DNA of 64,000 nucleotides from Sphaerodactylus townsendi (Eukaryota): assembly GCF_021028975.2 (NCBI RefSeq), contig NC_059427.1, forward strand, positions 10,726,001-10,790,000. The letters are read 5' to 3'. Both the position numbers and the translations under genes were made by a program. The notes below the pieces were generated by a model, which ran no database searches, was not told where the DNA came from, and saw nothing but the letters and a program-made list of their open reading frames with translations. Positions 23,709 through 36,752 of this stretch are shown here, in pieces (positions within the stretch are counted from its first letter, which is position 1; the number at the start of each line of letters is the position of its first letter).

Positions 23709-24876
23709 CTGAAGGTGGGAGGGTGGGGAGCAGGAGAGAGCAATTAAATAGGCAATCAGCAGGTAGACAGAGAACTATGTGGCAGAATTGGGGACTTGTA
23801 GCAAACTCTAAAATACACAGTAGTATGACTTCAATTATGTTGGGTGGGTGGTTGCAGACCTAACCCTGTTTCATTGTTTACTTGAATGCCCTGCAGATAC
23901 GCTGCTCCCAGACGGTTTAGGGCTTTAAAAGTTAATACCAACACCTTGAACCGGATTCAGTACAGCAGCTGGAGCCAGTCCAGCTAGAAATCAAAAATTT
24001 GGTAGTGAATGGACCCAAGGGGGTGGGACAGGAAATCACAGTGGAACATAAATACAGATAGCTTGATAAGTCTGAAGTGATTCTGCTAAATATTAACTTT
24101 ACAAAACTCAAGAAGAAGGGCCTAGTATTTATTGATTTTTTTTCCAAACCCTCTTGCATTCACTGACCAGAATAAGGGAACACTGGAACAGTTCCATTCT
24201 TCCCGAAGCAACTGGATCCAATGGTTTTTTAAAAAATGTTATGGTCAAACTATTTAGAAAGTTTCAGAAGCCACAGGAATAGAAAGCCCTGGCTGAGAAA
24301 AAAGAGACGTTAATCCCTTTGATGGCTATAATAACTGACAAGAAACACTGAAGAAGGCTTAACAGCCAAAAACGCATTCAACGCGCAAGGCGTTCTAGTT
24401 ATCTTTATGTTTATAAAAGAACTGTTCTACACCCACTGCTAAGATTTATGAATGAAATTTTACTACTGGATACTCCGGACAGTAGAATCTTTACTTGCAA
24501 CTACAAAAAGGAGCCAAGTATCTGCATAAAAGATTTATTATAAACATTACTTATCAATATTAATTACAAGATACACCTCTTCTACATGTCTTATGATGTA
24601 ATAAGAACTGTTACAACTCTGGCCTAATCTGTTTCACAGGGTTGTTGTGAGGACAAAGTATGTTGCCAGGTGAAAGACAATGTTAATCGCCTGGGGCTCC
24701 TCCTATTTTTCTGTGGCCCAGCCTTTAACAAGGCTGAAAATATGACCACCTTTACAGGGCTGTAAGGTTGCCAACTCTGGGATAAGATATTCTTGGAGAT
24801 TATGGAGTGGACCCTGGGCAGGGGTTGTGGAGGGGACCTCAGTGGGATAAAAAGCCATCAGAGTCCATCATCATCA

Positions 24877-25480
24877 GTCGCCACATCTCAAAAGGGATAT
24901 CAAAGAGATAGAAAAAGGGCAGAGAAGGGCAATGAGGATGACTGAGGGACTGGAGCACCTTCCTTATGAGGAGACTGTCTGGGGCTCTTTAGGGGGATAT
25001 GGGTCTGAGGGGGGATATGATTGAAGTCTATAAAATTATGCGTGGGGTAGAAAATGTTGACAGAGAGAAATTTTTCTCTCTTTCTCACAATACTAGAACC
25101 AGGGGGCATTCATTGAAAATGCTGGGGGGAAGAATTAGGACTAATAAAAGGAAACACTTCTTCACGCAACGTGTGACTGGTGTTTGGAATATGCTGCCAC
25201 AGGAGGTGGCGATGGCCACTAACCTGGATAGCTTTAAAAGGGGCTTGGACAGATTTATGGAGGAGAAGTCGATTTATGGCTACCAATCTTGATCCTCTTT
25301 GATCTGAGATTGCAAATGCCTTAACAGTCCAGGTGCTCGGGAGCAGCAGCCGCAGAAGGCCATTGCTTTCACCTCCTGCACGTGAGCTCCCAAAGGCACC
25401 TGCTGGGCCACTGTGAGTAGCAGAGAGCTGGACTAAATGGACTCTGGTCTGATCCAGCTGGCTTGTTCTTATGTTCTTAT
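24877..25480 (+). mobile_element. CR1 LINE 3' end
   Basis: Near-identical to 14514-14998, with additional upstream ORF2 remnant. Confidence 0.9.
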
Positions 25481-25894
25481 AAGAATTATATGAATTTGGT
25501 ATTTGCATTTAATTATGCATTTTGTGTTTTGAATTTTTTTGAGGTATTCACATATACATGAGTATATACATAAAATACAGTTGGCAGACTGCCTCGTGTT
25601 GGTTACTTTATTCTTAATTATCAGGACCTTTTTGTACCTGGGTATTGCATTAGAGGATATTTGTTAGAAATATATAGTACCATTCAGATTTATGTAGTGT
25701 GAACACGTTTTTCTGGTAATCATGGTCAAACTATTAACAAGTTTTAATTCTTGTTTAAAAAGGGGTAGGCCACGCTGTCTGGTGATGTCTCTCTGAGCGA
25801 GACATAGGACCAGGGTGTAAAATGGGCAGTTTTCTATGTATTTTAAAAGCGATAAGACAGGTAGTGAAGTGGGGCTGCCTAACCTACCTGTAAC

Positions 25895-26194
25895 CAGAGG
25901 TGGGATGCAGCCTATTCGCACCTATTCAGTAGAACCGGTTGTTAAAATTTTCTCAGTTTGGAGAACCGGTTGTTAATGATAAACTCCACTAGGAACAAGG
26001 GGGTAATCTCTGTCCTTGGGTACAACCAATCTCATCAAGTGAGGAATGCCCACCCCGCTCTGGAACTGCCCAGCTCTGGAATGCCCCACCCCCGGAACAC
26101 CCAGGCCACGCCCCCACCACGTCATGCCCCACCCGACCCCGTTGGCCCCACCACCATTGGAACCTATTGTTAAAAATTTTGAATCCCACCACTG
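25895..26194. mobile_element. hAT MITE
   Basis: TIRs CAGAGGTGGGAT / ATCCCACCACTG with 8-bp TSD cctgtaac. Confidence 0.88.
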
Positions 26195-26744
26195 CCTGTA
26201 ACCCTGAACCTATGGGAGAGACGTTGTGGAGGGTGGCTCTGTGTAAGTGGGAAAAGATTGTGACATAAAGACTCTGGCCCCTTTCCTTGAAGAAATATAA
26301 GGGAAAAGGCGCATCTTCACAAGAGAAGGAGATAGAGGTTTGCTATTTTTAATGAAAGCTGAGAATTCAGAGACCCTGATACATTTATTGTTAAATGGTA
26401 CACTGATTTAACAATAAACTAATGCCCTTTTTTAAAAAATTGCAAAAGTTCTAGCAGCCCAGGAGAAAGGATCAGTTCTGGGGGATTGGGGCAGGGAAAC
26501 CTGCCACATGGAAACTCTGTTGCTGCTGGAATTAATCTGGAACAGCCCCAGTAATGGGGAAGCCATAAACATTGTCCCCATTTGGAAGCCACCTATTATA
26601 AAAACCCCAAACTGACTGCTCTAATGTTATACTTCACTCTTCATGTCATTGTAGCGTTGGGCTCCCCCCCCCCCCCCACTTCTGGGAGGTTCAGTTCTTC
26701 TGGGATAACCTAATTCTTTGCGGGGTGGGGGATCTTGTCCTCAC

Positions 26745-27494
26745 CTGCCGTCCCCATCCTTTGGCACCTTGCTGTGCCTGAAGGAAATCCTCCGCTAGAG
26801 TCACTGCCTGGGTGCAGTTCTCCGGATTGCTCTCCCTGACCCAGTGTTGCATCTCCGGTGGCAGGATGGCAGAGAATTGCTCCAGAGTCAGGAGATCCAA
26901 GATCTGCTCCTTGGTGTGGCTCTCGGGCCTCAGCCACTGACAGCAAAGTTCCCGCAGCTGCCTGCAAGTCTCCTGAGGGCCCTCAGCTTCTCGATAGCAG
27001 AGTTTCCTGAAATGCTGGCGACGTATCTCGGCCTTAACAGCATCTCCAGTTTGGACTTTCTCTTTCTCCTTCCCACAGCACGTGGCTGGCTGGTCCCGCT
27101 TTGCTTCTCCAATGGAAACCAACTGCGTTTGGGAAGCCCACAATCCACTGAGCCACTTGGTGGCCTCTGTCATTCCTTCAGAAAGCACTGGAGATGATCC
27201 ACTATCATTCCACAGCCTCAGTTCAGACAGTTGTGGGCTGTCCCCCCTAGAACAAGGGCCCTGAAGCATCTTCAGGAATTCCTGCAACTGGGCATCCCAG
27301 TTTTGGGATGGCTCTTCCTCCGGTTCTTGCTTCACAACCTGTGGAGATTCCCCAGATAAAATTTCACCAGTCTTCCCTGCTTTTTCCATTTCTTTCCCTG
27401 ATTCGGAGCTTGTAAAGTCCTGTTCCTCCATTTTGATTAGATTTCCCTGCTTCAGCGATTCTTCATCAACCGTGGTCTCTGGTGCTGTGGCCAT
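26745..27494 (-). CDS. SCAN-ZNF gene B, SCAN exon
   Basis: [53 protein letters not shown] at 27494 and phase-0 donor CAG|GTGAG at 26745. Confidence 0.88.
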
Positions 27495-27897
27495 TATCTT
27501 TCTCAAGAGGCAGCACAGCCCCCACTGGTGCACAGACACCACCCCCTTACCACCAATCCTTGTGGAACACCTCGGCTCTCCCACAGGACCCCTGAAATTC
27601 CATCAGGGCAAGAGACTGATCTGACGAGGCTGGTGGGATCTTTCAAACACGATGGTAAAACATCAGGGCTCTTCGACAAACAATGGGACCCAATGATACT
27701 TCCAGATAACTCTACACTGCAGTCAACAACAAAAATGGAGACAAAAGGAAACCAAAACAGAGATAGAATTGATTGGCGTGAAGACTCAAACTTCCGGGAA
27801 ACACCCAGATCTCGTTTCATGAAGAAGTAATGGCCACTTGCTTAGATGCGTTTAAAAGGGGATTAGATAAATTCATGTTGGAGGGGGCATAGCTAAA

Positions 27898-28182
27898 GCA
27901 GCAGTGGTGTAATGGTTAAGAGCAGGTGTACTCTAATCTGGAGGAACTGGGTTTGATTCCCCACTCTGCCGCTTCAGCTGTGGAGGCTTATCTGGGGAAT
28001 TCAGATTAGCCTGTGTACTCCAACACACATAGGCTGGGTGACCTTGGGCTAGTCACAGTTCTTCTGAGAACTCCACCTACCTCACAGGGTGTTTGTTGTG
28101 AGGGGGGAAGGGAAAGGAGTTTGTAAGCCCCTTTGAGTCTCCTTACAGGAGAGAAAGGGGGGGGATATAAATCCAAGTCTTC
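27898..28182 (+). mobile_element. Squam3-like SINE
   Basis: Similarity to the other copies in the window. Confidence 0.75.
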
Positions 28183-28661
28183 TAAAGGTGGCTAAACGAA
28201 GCCTCCAGTTTCAGAGGCAGTGTATCCCTGAGAATCAGTTGCTGAAGAGCAGCAGCAGGGGAGGGCTGATATCTTTCATATCTTGCTTGGGGCTTCCTGG
28301 AGACACCTGGGTGCATCACTGTGGGAAACAAGATCTTGGGCTAGATCACCAATGCAATCCAGCAGAGCTCTTATGCTTTTGATGAATCCTATTACTGCAT
28401 TCCTTTCAAAACTGCAGAATCTCCATAAAAGCTAAACAACATTATTTTAGCAAGCATGATTAAGTCAGCAAACATTTTGTTAATTTAACGGACAAAAACG
28501 ATAAGATATTGGGACCCAAGTATTGGAAAGCAAGTGACAAAGCTTTCCTCTTTTAATTTTAAGGGCAGGTGACCAAACAGAAACATAATATCTTCACTGT
28601 TCCAGATTCAAGATTTGGAGGCGTGAGAATAAAAACCACCCGTCCACATAGAGCTCTTTCC

Positions 28662-28857
28662 ACTCACCTGTCCTTTGCCTCGCCTACCGGCAATCCCCGG
28701 GAATAGACGCCCTCGCTCCCTCCCCGCTGCAAAATGCAAAATAAATATGCAAACAGTTATCTATTGCAAAAAGACGGGAAGGAGCCGTTATGTTTTTTCA
28801 TCTTTCCTCCCTACGTGGCCGCTCTAGGACCCAGGGCTCTGTAGTTTTAACCCCTTC
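28662..28857 (-). promoter_or_regulatory. Putative promoter and non-coding first exon of gene B
   Basis: CpG-rich; paralogue-shared AAGGGGTTAAA...CCTAGA motif; donor CAG|GTGAGT at 28667. Confidence 0.55.
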
Positions 28858-30034
28858 ATAGCGGCTGAACATCATCTGACTCCAGGGATGTAGCTGAGGT
28901 TACTCCGCTGCACAAAAAAGGGGGAAAAAGAAGAAAGACGATTGTGGCGCTTGGAAACTCACACTTTTTGAACTGTAGCACAAGGGGCTCTGGCCAGTGA
29001 AACTGAAATAGGCGCAGAGGGAACAGAAATGTGTAATTAGGCAGAAGGAAACCCAGCAAGTTTTTTTTTTACTGTTCTCAAGCCTCTCTCAATTCCGCAC
29101 ATGCAGAATAATGCACTTTCAAACTGCTTTCAGTGCTCTTTGAAGCTGTGCGGAATGGCAAAATCCACTTGCAAACAGTTGTGAAAGTGGTTTGAAAATG
29201 CATTATTTTGCGTGTGCGGAAGGGTCAGCTCGTTTGCCTTCAGGGCGCCATGACAAAAGCTTTCTAGTATATACATTATGATGGTGTGGGGAGGGGGTTG
29301 ATCGTGGTTGTCATTCCCTAAGGTTGCCAACCTCCAGGTGAGGCCTGGAATTTGAGGTCCAGAGTACAGAGGCGTAGTTTCCCTGGAGAAAATGGCAACT
29401 TTGGAGAATAGGCAGTGTACCTCGTTGTTGTCCCTCCCCAGACTTCACCCCCAAATCTCCAGAAAATTTTTTATACCTTGGAATTTGCAACCCTATATGC
29501 CCTGGATGAGTTGGGCATGAGCAGCTGCAGCCATGATCTGGCTGCCCAAGAACGTGGGTGAGAGAGGCCACCACCAAGATGGCCCTGGTCGGATCAGGTT
29601 TGTGCAGCAGTGGCAGTCGGCTTTTCCTCTTGTTTTCCTCCCTCTGTTGGGGGAGTGGGGGCATGGGTGGTCCTGGGGACCTGTTTGCCCATTGGCTAAG
29701 ACTGTCCTGTGTTAGCCCTCCCCTCTGCCTGGCATGGTTATTTTTGTGACCGGTCAGAGCTTTTGCTCTGTGGACAGGGCCTTTGCCCTGTGCCTATCAT
29801 CGGTGTGGGGTGGTGATGGTGGTGGGATTTACTGGCAATTGAATATCATATCAATGTAACTTTCTAACAATATGTTCTCTAAATTCCTGTCTTTAATTTG
29901 CAAAAATAGTAACTTTCTAGCCCCTTTTGTTGTGAAGATATAAGGGGAAAGGAGTATTAAGAGATTGATTTTTCTTTTAATGAATGCTAGGAATTCAGAG
30001 AACTTGATACGCACATTGTTATAATGTTATATAT

Positions 30035-30411
30035 CAGTGATGGCGAACCTTTTCAAGACTGAGTGCCCAAATTGCAACCCAAAACCCACTTATTTATCGC
30101 AAAGTGTCAACACGGCAATTTAACCTGAATACTGAGGTTTTAGTTTAGAAAAAACAGTTGGCTTTGAGGCACATGTTACTCAGGAGTAAGCTTGGTGAAG
30201 CAACCTAGGAGGGTTTACTCAGAAGCAAGCCCCATTGCCAGAAACCGAGCTTACTCCCAGGTAAAGGATCATGCCCAGGCCAGCCTAGGTGTGTGTGTGG
30301 GGAGGGGGGGGTAATTTTCCACACACACCCATGATGAACTCTGCACACGTGCCCATAGAAAGGGCTCTGAGTGCCACCTCTGGCACCCGTGCCATAGATT
30401 CGCCACCACTG
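30035..30411. mobile_element. hAT MITE (TIR CAGTGATGGCGAA)
   Basis: Perfect 8-bp TSD ttatatat. Confidence 0.9.
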
Positions 30412-31036
30412 TTATATATCAACATCATGATACTGAAGTGCTGATGAAAAAGAAAATGCCCTGGAGATGTGGGGGGGGGGGGGGGGCCACTACTGGGAGA
30501 CTGGGGGGAGGAAAGTGCTGCCATGTGGAAGCTCTATTTCTACTGCACTATATCGGCATCTGCAGCATCACTAGGTACACATGCCTGTGCCCCTTTTCAA
30601 GGCTCTTACCCCGCATATTGTGATGTGGTCTAATGGAAGGCTGGAGTGAAGGTGGGAGTTGGAATTACAGGGTGAAATAACAAAATGCACTTAGGCTGTT
30701 GGGGTGCAATCGTAGAATTGGTCCAGGAATAAAATGCCTCAACCACCTAAACAGGCGACTGAAGTTTTTCATGGCATGGAGGTCAATAGGATCACTTGCT
30801 ATTTGCTCAGGACGAAACTGATATTGTTAAAAGGGCAGGTGGAGGAATCTCTTTTGAAGGACGACAACCCTAGATATCAAGCAGGCAAGTCACACCAAAT
30901 GCCAAAAAGCCCACAGGAAGATAAACAAACAAATATCATAAATCCCTCACGTAGGGGTTGCCACAACATGTCTCTGTTTTTCCCTCCCATCTTGCGTCAA
31001 CTCCTGGGAGGATTAAAAAATACAATGTAGGATTCT

Positions 31037-31235
31037 GAAGGGTTAAATAAATAGAGCTCTAGTGCCCAGAGAGGCATATGAATTTGCAAAGGTCTCTGTG
31101 AATGCTGTGCCTTTGTGTCCCTCCACCCCTTCCCCGGTTGGCCGAAACTGTCCCTTTTCTGGATTTCGTCTGTTTTGCAAGATCTGGAGCCTGTTCCCGG
31201 GAAAGCGATGGAAAGACCACAAGGAACAGGTGAGT
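31037..31235 (+). promoter_or_regulatory. Putative promoter and non-coding first exon of gene C
   Basis: GAAGGGTTAAA motif followed by donor CAG|GTGAGT at 31229/31230. Confidence 0.5.
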
Positions 31236-31613
31236 TCAAGGCCTGGAAGAAGGAAATCTGCATGGGCAGGAGAGAGGTTTTGGGATACCACTGCTGGGAA
31301 GGTGTGTATCTATTTGAAAGGTGTATATCTGGCAGCTCCCTGGAGGAAGCCATTCAGGCCATAAAATGACAGTCCACAAAACTCCTCCGCCAAGGTAATA
31401 AATGAGGGTTGCCTCTTACAAACCAGTGCTTTACGGCCATCAATCACATTTGACTGTTGAAACACTGCCCCCTACTGGTTTTCTGCAGAAGCGTCAAGAG
31501 CTGGACCAAGCTAGGACAGTACCCCTCTCGTGCCCAAGTTGGCAACCTAAGTTGGATTCTGCCAGTGATCAAACGAGGCATTCATTGGATTGATTTACAG
31601 GCTGTATTTAGGG

Positions 31614-31747
31614 CATAGGTGTCAAACTTGCGGCCCTCCAGATGTTATGGACTACAGTTCCCATCATCCCCCGCCAGCATCATGCTGGCAGGGGATGATG
31701 GGAACTGTAGTCCATAACATCTGGAGGGCCGTGAGTTTGACACCTGT
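31614..31747. mobile_element. Palindromic hAT MITE (CAYAGGTGTCAAAC termini)
   Basis: Hairpin element with an 8-bp flanking duplication atttaggg/atttagtg. Copies at about 34699-34830 and 43240-43374. Confidence 0.75.
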
Positions 31748-32434
31748 GATTTAGTGTATTTGAATGGACATTTACAACAGCGACCTCTGACCTTCTGCAG
31801 GGCTTCTACCACTCAGCCATGACCCCTCCCTGTGAAGTGCAAAATCTCTGGTTTGAAACTTGCTCCTGGCACTAATGAAGCAGACTCTGGCTCCTGAAAG
31901 CTTCTACCAACATCTGGTGAATGCCAGAAACACTCTTTGATATTTAGGTCTTACATGAGCTGTTCCCTTTTGGCCTCAGCCCCACAGCTCCCACCTGCAA
32001 TATGGGGAATCACGGCCCAGCCTACCTAATGTGACTATTGAGAGGGGATGTATACGAAGTGTTTTATGAAGGTTAAGTAGTAAATGTGCTACCTCAGGAG
32101 AGAAAGTGAGCTTTTGACACAGGGATGTAGATTACGGACTTCTCTTTTCTTAATGCCTGTACAGGGACTGTCGGCTTGGATCGAGTGGTGCATTTCGATG
32201 GACAGAAGGATTGCCACAGGTGGAGTGTGACCTTCTTGCCTCCTGCTTCTAGCTGCAGCCCCAAATGCCCCTGAGCTAGTTCTCCTTGGGAAAATGGAGG
32301 CCTCCTCTGAACATGTCTGGTGGCTGTTGTGGGTTTTCCAGGCTGTGTGGCTGTGGTTTGATGATTTTAACTCCTAACATTTCACCCACACTTGTGGCTG
32401 GCGCCAGCAGAGGTATGTCATGGTAAGAAGCATC

Positions 32435-33390
32435 TCACACACTGAAGACAGAGAATCAATATATTCAATGAATGTATTTATGTATATTTTATAATTGTCC
32501 AGTTACTGAATCCAATATTTGTACATCCAGTTTTTTCAATTCAATTTCAATTCCATATAGAAAGTACTTCCCAAACGACTTGCGCGTTTATAAGTACGTT
32601 TTCACTGGCTCTGGGAGCTTTGTCACCAATGGCTGAAGCCTGAGAGACACACCAAGGAGGAGATCTTGGAGCTGCTGATCCTGGAACAGTTCTTGGCGGT
32701 CCTGCCGGAGGAAATGCAAGGCTGGGTCACGGAATGCAGGCCAGAGACCTGCAGCCAGGCATTGGCCCTAGCAGAGAACTTCCTGTTGATGCTGAAGGAG
32801 TCCGAGAGCCAGAAAGGGCAGGTAAGGGGCGTGTGGGAAAGCAAATTAATCGGGGAAGAAATCTGGCTCTTCCTCAGGAGAAGCAATTCTTCCTCAGGCT
32901 CTTCCTCAGTACGTCTTCCTCAGGAGAAGCAATTCTTTCAGGAAAATTATTCATTCATTTGCCATGCACAGGTCTTTCTACAAATAAATAAAACAACATA
33001 GTATAATTTGTACATTAGATTCTAGCAATATCGAACACCATTTTTAACAATTTTAGAAAATTGGTTTTACAAAAACCATAATGATTATAGTGGGAAATGT
33101 TAGCAGTCATCTAATGTACAAATTATACTATGTTGTTTATTTATTTGTAGAAAGACCTGTGCATGGCAAATGAATGAATAATTTTCCTGAAAGAATTGCT
33201 TCTCCTGAGGAAGACTACCGTGAAAACGTACTTATAAACACGCGAGTCATTTGGGAAGTACTTTCTATGTGGAATTGAAATTGAATTGAAAAAACTGGAT
33301 GTACAAATATTGGATTCAGTAACTGGACAATTATAAAATATACATAAATACATTCATTGAATATATTGATTCTCCGTCTTCAGTGTGTGA
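32435..33390. repeat. Foldback (inverted duplication) insertion carrying a captured SCAN exon fragment
   Basis: 32435-32605 is the reverse complement of 33220-33390, and 32913-33020 of 33109-33215; spacer 33021-33108. Confidence 0.9.
32609..32867 (+). pseudogene. Duplicated fragment of the gene C SCAN exon 3' end with intron start
   Basis: 259-bp direct copy of 34384-34642; one mismatch seen by eye. Confidence 0.9.
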
Positions 33391-33876
33391 CGCGCTGTTT
33401 TGTTCCTCTGTCATTTACGTTACACACAATTTGGCTTGTTTTCATGGTAAGAAGCGTGCCATGGAGAGAAACACATCTTACCGTGGCACGCCTCTGAAGA
33501 AGCCAGCCACAGGTGTGGGTGAAACGTTAGGAGCTAAAAGCACCAGACCGTGGCCACACAACCCAGAAAACGCACAGCAGCCACTTTCCAGCTGTGAAAG
33601 CCTTCAACAATATATTTGTGGTGGTGTTTTGGGTTGGAACTCCAGATAAAGGATGGGAAAGTCATGCTCTGCGGGTGGAAATTCCTCGTCGGTAAAAATG
33701 CTCTGTTAGCTCCAATTCTGAAGGTGGATCTTTACAGTTATTGTCTAACCACTACACTACATGGTCTCTCACCTGTGCGTTACGCCAATCACTTATAGCA
33801 GCTTTTCAAAAATTGGGTTTTATGCCTCTTACTGGCGCTGAATGTCTTTTGATTTTTGTCAACAGAGCAAAAAAAC

Positions 33877-34596
33877 ATGACAGAAATCAAGGTGGAAAAG
33901 CAGGATCCGGCAGCAGACAAATCAGGAGCCGGCCAGGAGAGAGACCTTCGCTTCATCCAGGTTGAGGCAAGCGGAGAACACCTGACTGAAGCAGCCAGAC
34001 ATGATATTAAGCAAGAGCCTCCAGAAGAGCCACATCACTTTTGGAAAGCCCAGAGGCAGGAGCTGCCAAAGGAAACACCATTTCCTCAACGAGGATGGGA
34101 AAACTCCCAGCTGCCCCAGTCTGAGGAGAATGTGAAGGCGTTGAAGCTTTGCTTCAAAGGATCAGATGATGCTGAACAGTGGCCTCGTGGTGAATGGAGG
34201 ACCTCAGTGCTGTCGACTAGCAGTGTAGAAACCAACCAGGCTGACAGAAACCAGGATCTGTCTGGAAATGTGGCTCTAGTTGAGACTGCAGAGGAGGATC
34301 CCGTCGGCTTGGAGATTCGGCGCCGGCGCTTCAGGCACTTCCGTTACTGGGAGGCAGAGGGACCTCGAGAGGTTTTTGGCCAACTCTGGGAGCTTTGTCA
34401 CCAATGGCTGAAGCCTGAGAGACACACCAAGGAGGAGATCTTGGAGCTGCTGATCCTGGAACAGTTCTTGGCGGTCCTGCCGGAGGAAATGCAAGGCTGG
34501 GTCACGGAATGCAGGCCAGAGACCTGCAGCCAGGCATTGGCCCTAGCAGAGAACTTCCTGTTGATGCTGAAGGAGTCCGAGAGCCAGAAAGGGCAG
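33877..34596 (+). CDS. SCAN-ZNF gene C, SCAN exon
   Basis: Acceptor GTCAACAG at 33865, ATG at 33877, SCAN motif [34 protein letters not shown], phase-0 donor CAG|GTAAG. Confidence 0.88.
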
Positions 34597-35516
34597 GTAA
34601 GGGGCGTGTGGGAAAGCAAACTAATCGGGGAAGAAATCTGGCACAGATTCCTGTTTAGGAATCTTATCAAGGGTGAGATTGTGGGCAACAGGATAGGGCA
34701 TAGGTGTCAAACTCGCGGCCCTCCAGATGTTATGGACTACAGCTCCCACCATCCCCTGCCAGCACCATGCTGGCAGGGGATGATGGGAGCTGCAGTCCAT
34801 AACATCTGGAGGGCCACGAGTGACACCTGTGGGATAGGGCTATCATGTAAGGGTGCATCTTCTGTATTCAAAGCAGGTGTTGCCCAGGTTTGGCATCTGC
34901 AGTATCTCCGGTGCTGAGAAAGACCTTTCTGTGCCTAACATCCTAGCAAGGTGCTGCCCATAAGAACATGCATGAAGCTGCTGTATGCTGAATCAGACCA
35001 CTGGTTCACCAAGGTCAAAACTCCATATGACTAGCCGTTGCTCTCCAGGGCCTTCAGGCAGAGGCCTTTCACATCACCTGCTACCTGTTCCTTTAATCGG
35101 AGATGCTGTGGATGGAACTTGGGACCTTCTGCCTGCAAAACAGAGGCTCTTTCACTTAGCCATGCAGGAAGGCAGTGCTCGTCTGTTTAAGTTCTGGGCT
35201 GCCTCCAGCATATTTGGAGAGGTGATGTACAAACTGAAATAAATACACGAGGCAGAGCCATAGGATCATGTAAGGACAACTGCGTTTGGGTGGGCCTGTA
35301 GGGTTGTTGTAGGGTTGCCAGCCTCCAGGTGGGAGTCTTGAAATTTTTCTCTATTACATCTGACAATATGGAGAATTGTCTGAAGTCCTCCTCCAAACCC
35401 CACACTCCAAACCCCACACTCCCCACAACCCCCCCCCTTCCTGGGAATTTTCCAACCCAGAGTTTGCAACCCTAGCTCACAGTCAGTTGCTGATGATTTA
35501 GTTGGCATGACTATGC

Positions 35517-35826
35517 TGCAGCAGTGGCGTAGGAGGTTAAGAGCTTGTGTATCTAATCTGGAGGAACCGGGTTTGATTCTCCACTCTGCCGCCTGAGCTG
35601 TGGAGGCTTATCTGGGGAATTCACGCCAGCTGGGTGACCTTGGGCTAGTCACAGCTTCTCGGAGCTCTCTCAGCCCCACCTACCTCACAGGGTGTTTGTT
35701 GTGAGGGGGGAAGGGCAAGGAGATTGTCAGCCCCTTTGAGTCTCCTGCAGGAGAAAAAGGGGGGATATAAATCCAAACTCCTCCTCCTCCTCCTCCTCCT
35801 CCTCCTCCTCCTTCTTCTTCTTCTTC
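35517..35826 (+). mobile_element. Squam3-like SINE with internal deletion and (CCT)n(CTT)n tail
   Basis: Similarity to the other copies in the window. Confidence 0.8.
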
Positions 35827-36037
35827 TAAGCCTGTGATCACTTTGTTTAACCCATTGTTTCTAATAGGTCGTGATTTTCTTCACATTTCTGAACCCTAGC
35901 CCTATTATGTTGCTTCCTATACTTATAGACACCTCTTTCTACTAATCATATTGATTTTCACTGTAATCTGCCTGGACTCTAAGTGAGAATGACAGACATA
36001 AACAAAGTTTTAAAAAATAAAATTCAGAAGGGGAAGG

Positions 36038-36198
36038 CAGAGGCGTAGCTCCAAGGGAACAAGGGGGGGGCAACGCACCGGGCGCGCGCCCCTGTGAGGA
36101 TGTGGCAAGGGCGTTCCGGGGGTGTGAGTGTTCCAGGGCGGGGCAGGACAGAGGACGCACCGGTGAACCCAGCACTTTCCCCCCTTGCTACGCCTCTG
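36038..36198. mobile_element. Short GC-rich hAT MITE (TIR CAGAGGCGTAGC)
   Basis: TIRs with an 8-bp TSD, ggggaagg/ggggaacg. Confidence 0.8.
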
Positions 36199-36317
36199 GG
36201 GGAACGGGAATTCTGTGTATTTGATTTTTTTAAAACTTCGGGTGCCAAATCAGTCTCAGTGCTCATCTGGATTTATCCCCCAACCCTTGACTAATTGATG
36301 TGTGACCTTTTTTTCAG

Positions 36318-36414
36318 GCACAAAGGACATCTGGAGGAGATCCATCACAGACAGTAAAGAGTCAACTTCCCACGGAACCTACGCAGGAGGGTGATGGGGA
36401 GACTGCTTTCCCTG
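36318..36414 (+). CDS. SCAN-ZNF gene C, middle exon (97 nt, phase 0 to 1)
   Basis: Acceptor TTTTTCAG|GCA and donor CCTG|GTAAGG; open and frame-bridging. Confidence 0.78.
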
Positions 36415-36611
36415 GTAAGGCGGTCGTAGAGTGTCCAGGTGTTTGCATCAGGGTGGAGAATTTTGTTTCCTGACATTCAGGATGTGATGATCATATATTG
36501 TATTTTCATCCTGCTCATTTTCCAAGGTGCTGAAACTACCAAACCAGCTTCACCGCATCATTCATACTTTTTTATTGTTGCTGCTGGTTCTGGGTTTTTT
36601 TAGTTGTGTAT

Positions 36612-36752
36612 GGCTCATTCCGCACATGCAGAATAATGCACTTTCAAACTGCTTTCAGTACTCTTTGAAGCTGTGCGGAATGGCAATATCCGCTTGCAAA
36701 CAGTTGTGAAAGTGGTTTGAAAATGCATTATTTTGCGTGTGCAGAAGGGGCC
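36612..36752. mobile_element. PIF/Harbinger-type MITE
   Basis: Reverse-orientation copy of 16992-17132 with 3-bp TSD TAT. Confidence 0.8.

Noticed and set aside
32666-33001. Separate small SCAN gene
   Set aside because: A partial DNA-level duplicate of gene C that lacks the SCAN N-terminus and a true start.
33021-33441. Viral or alternative-genetic-code ORF in the foldback insert
   Set aside because: The frames examined contain stops of mixed types and no recognisable motif; the origin is unresolved.
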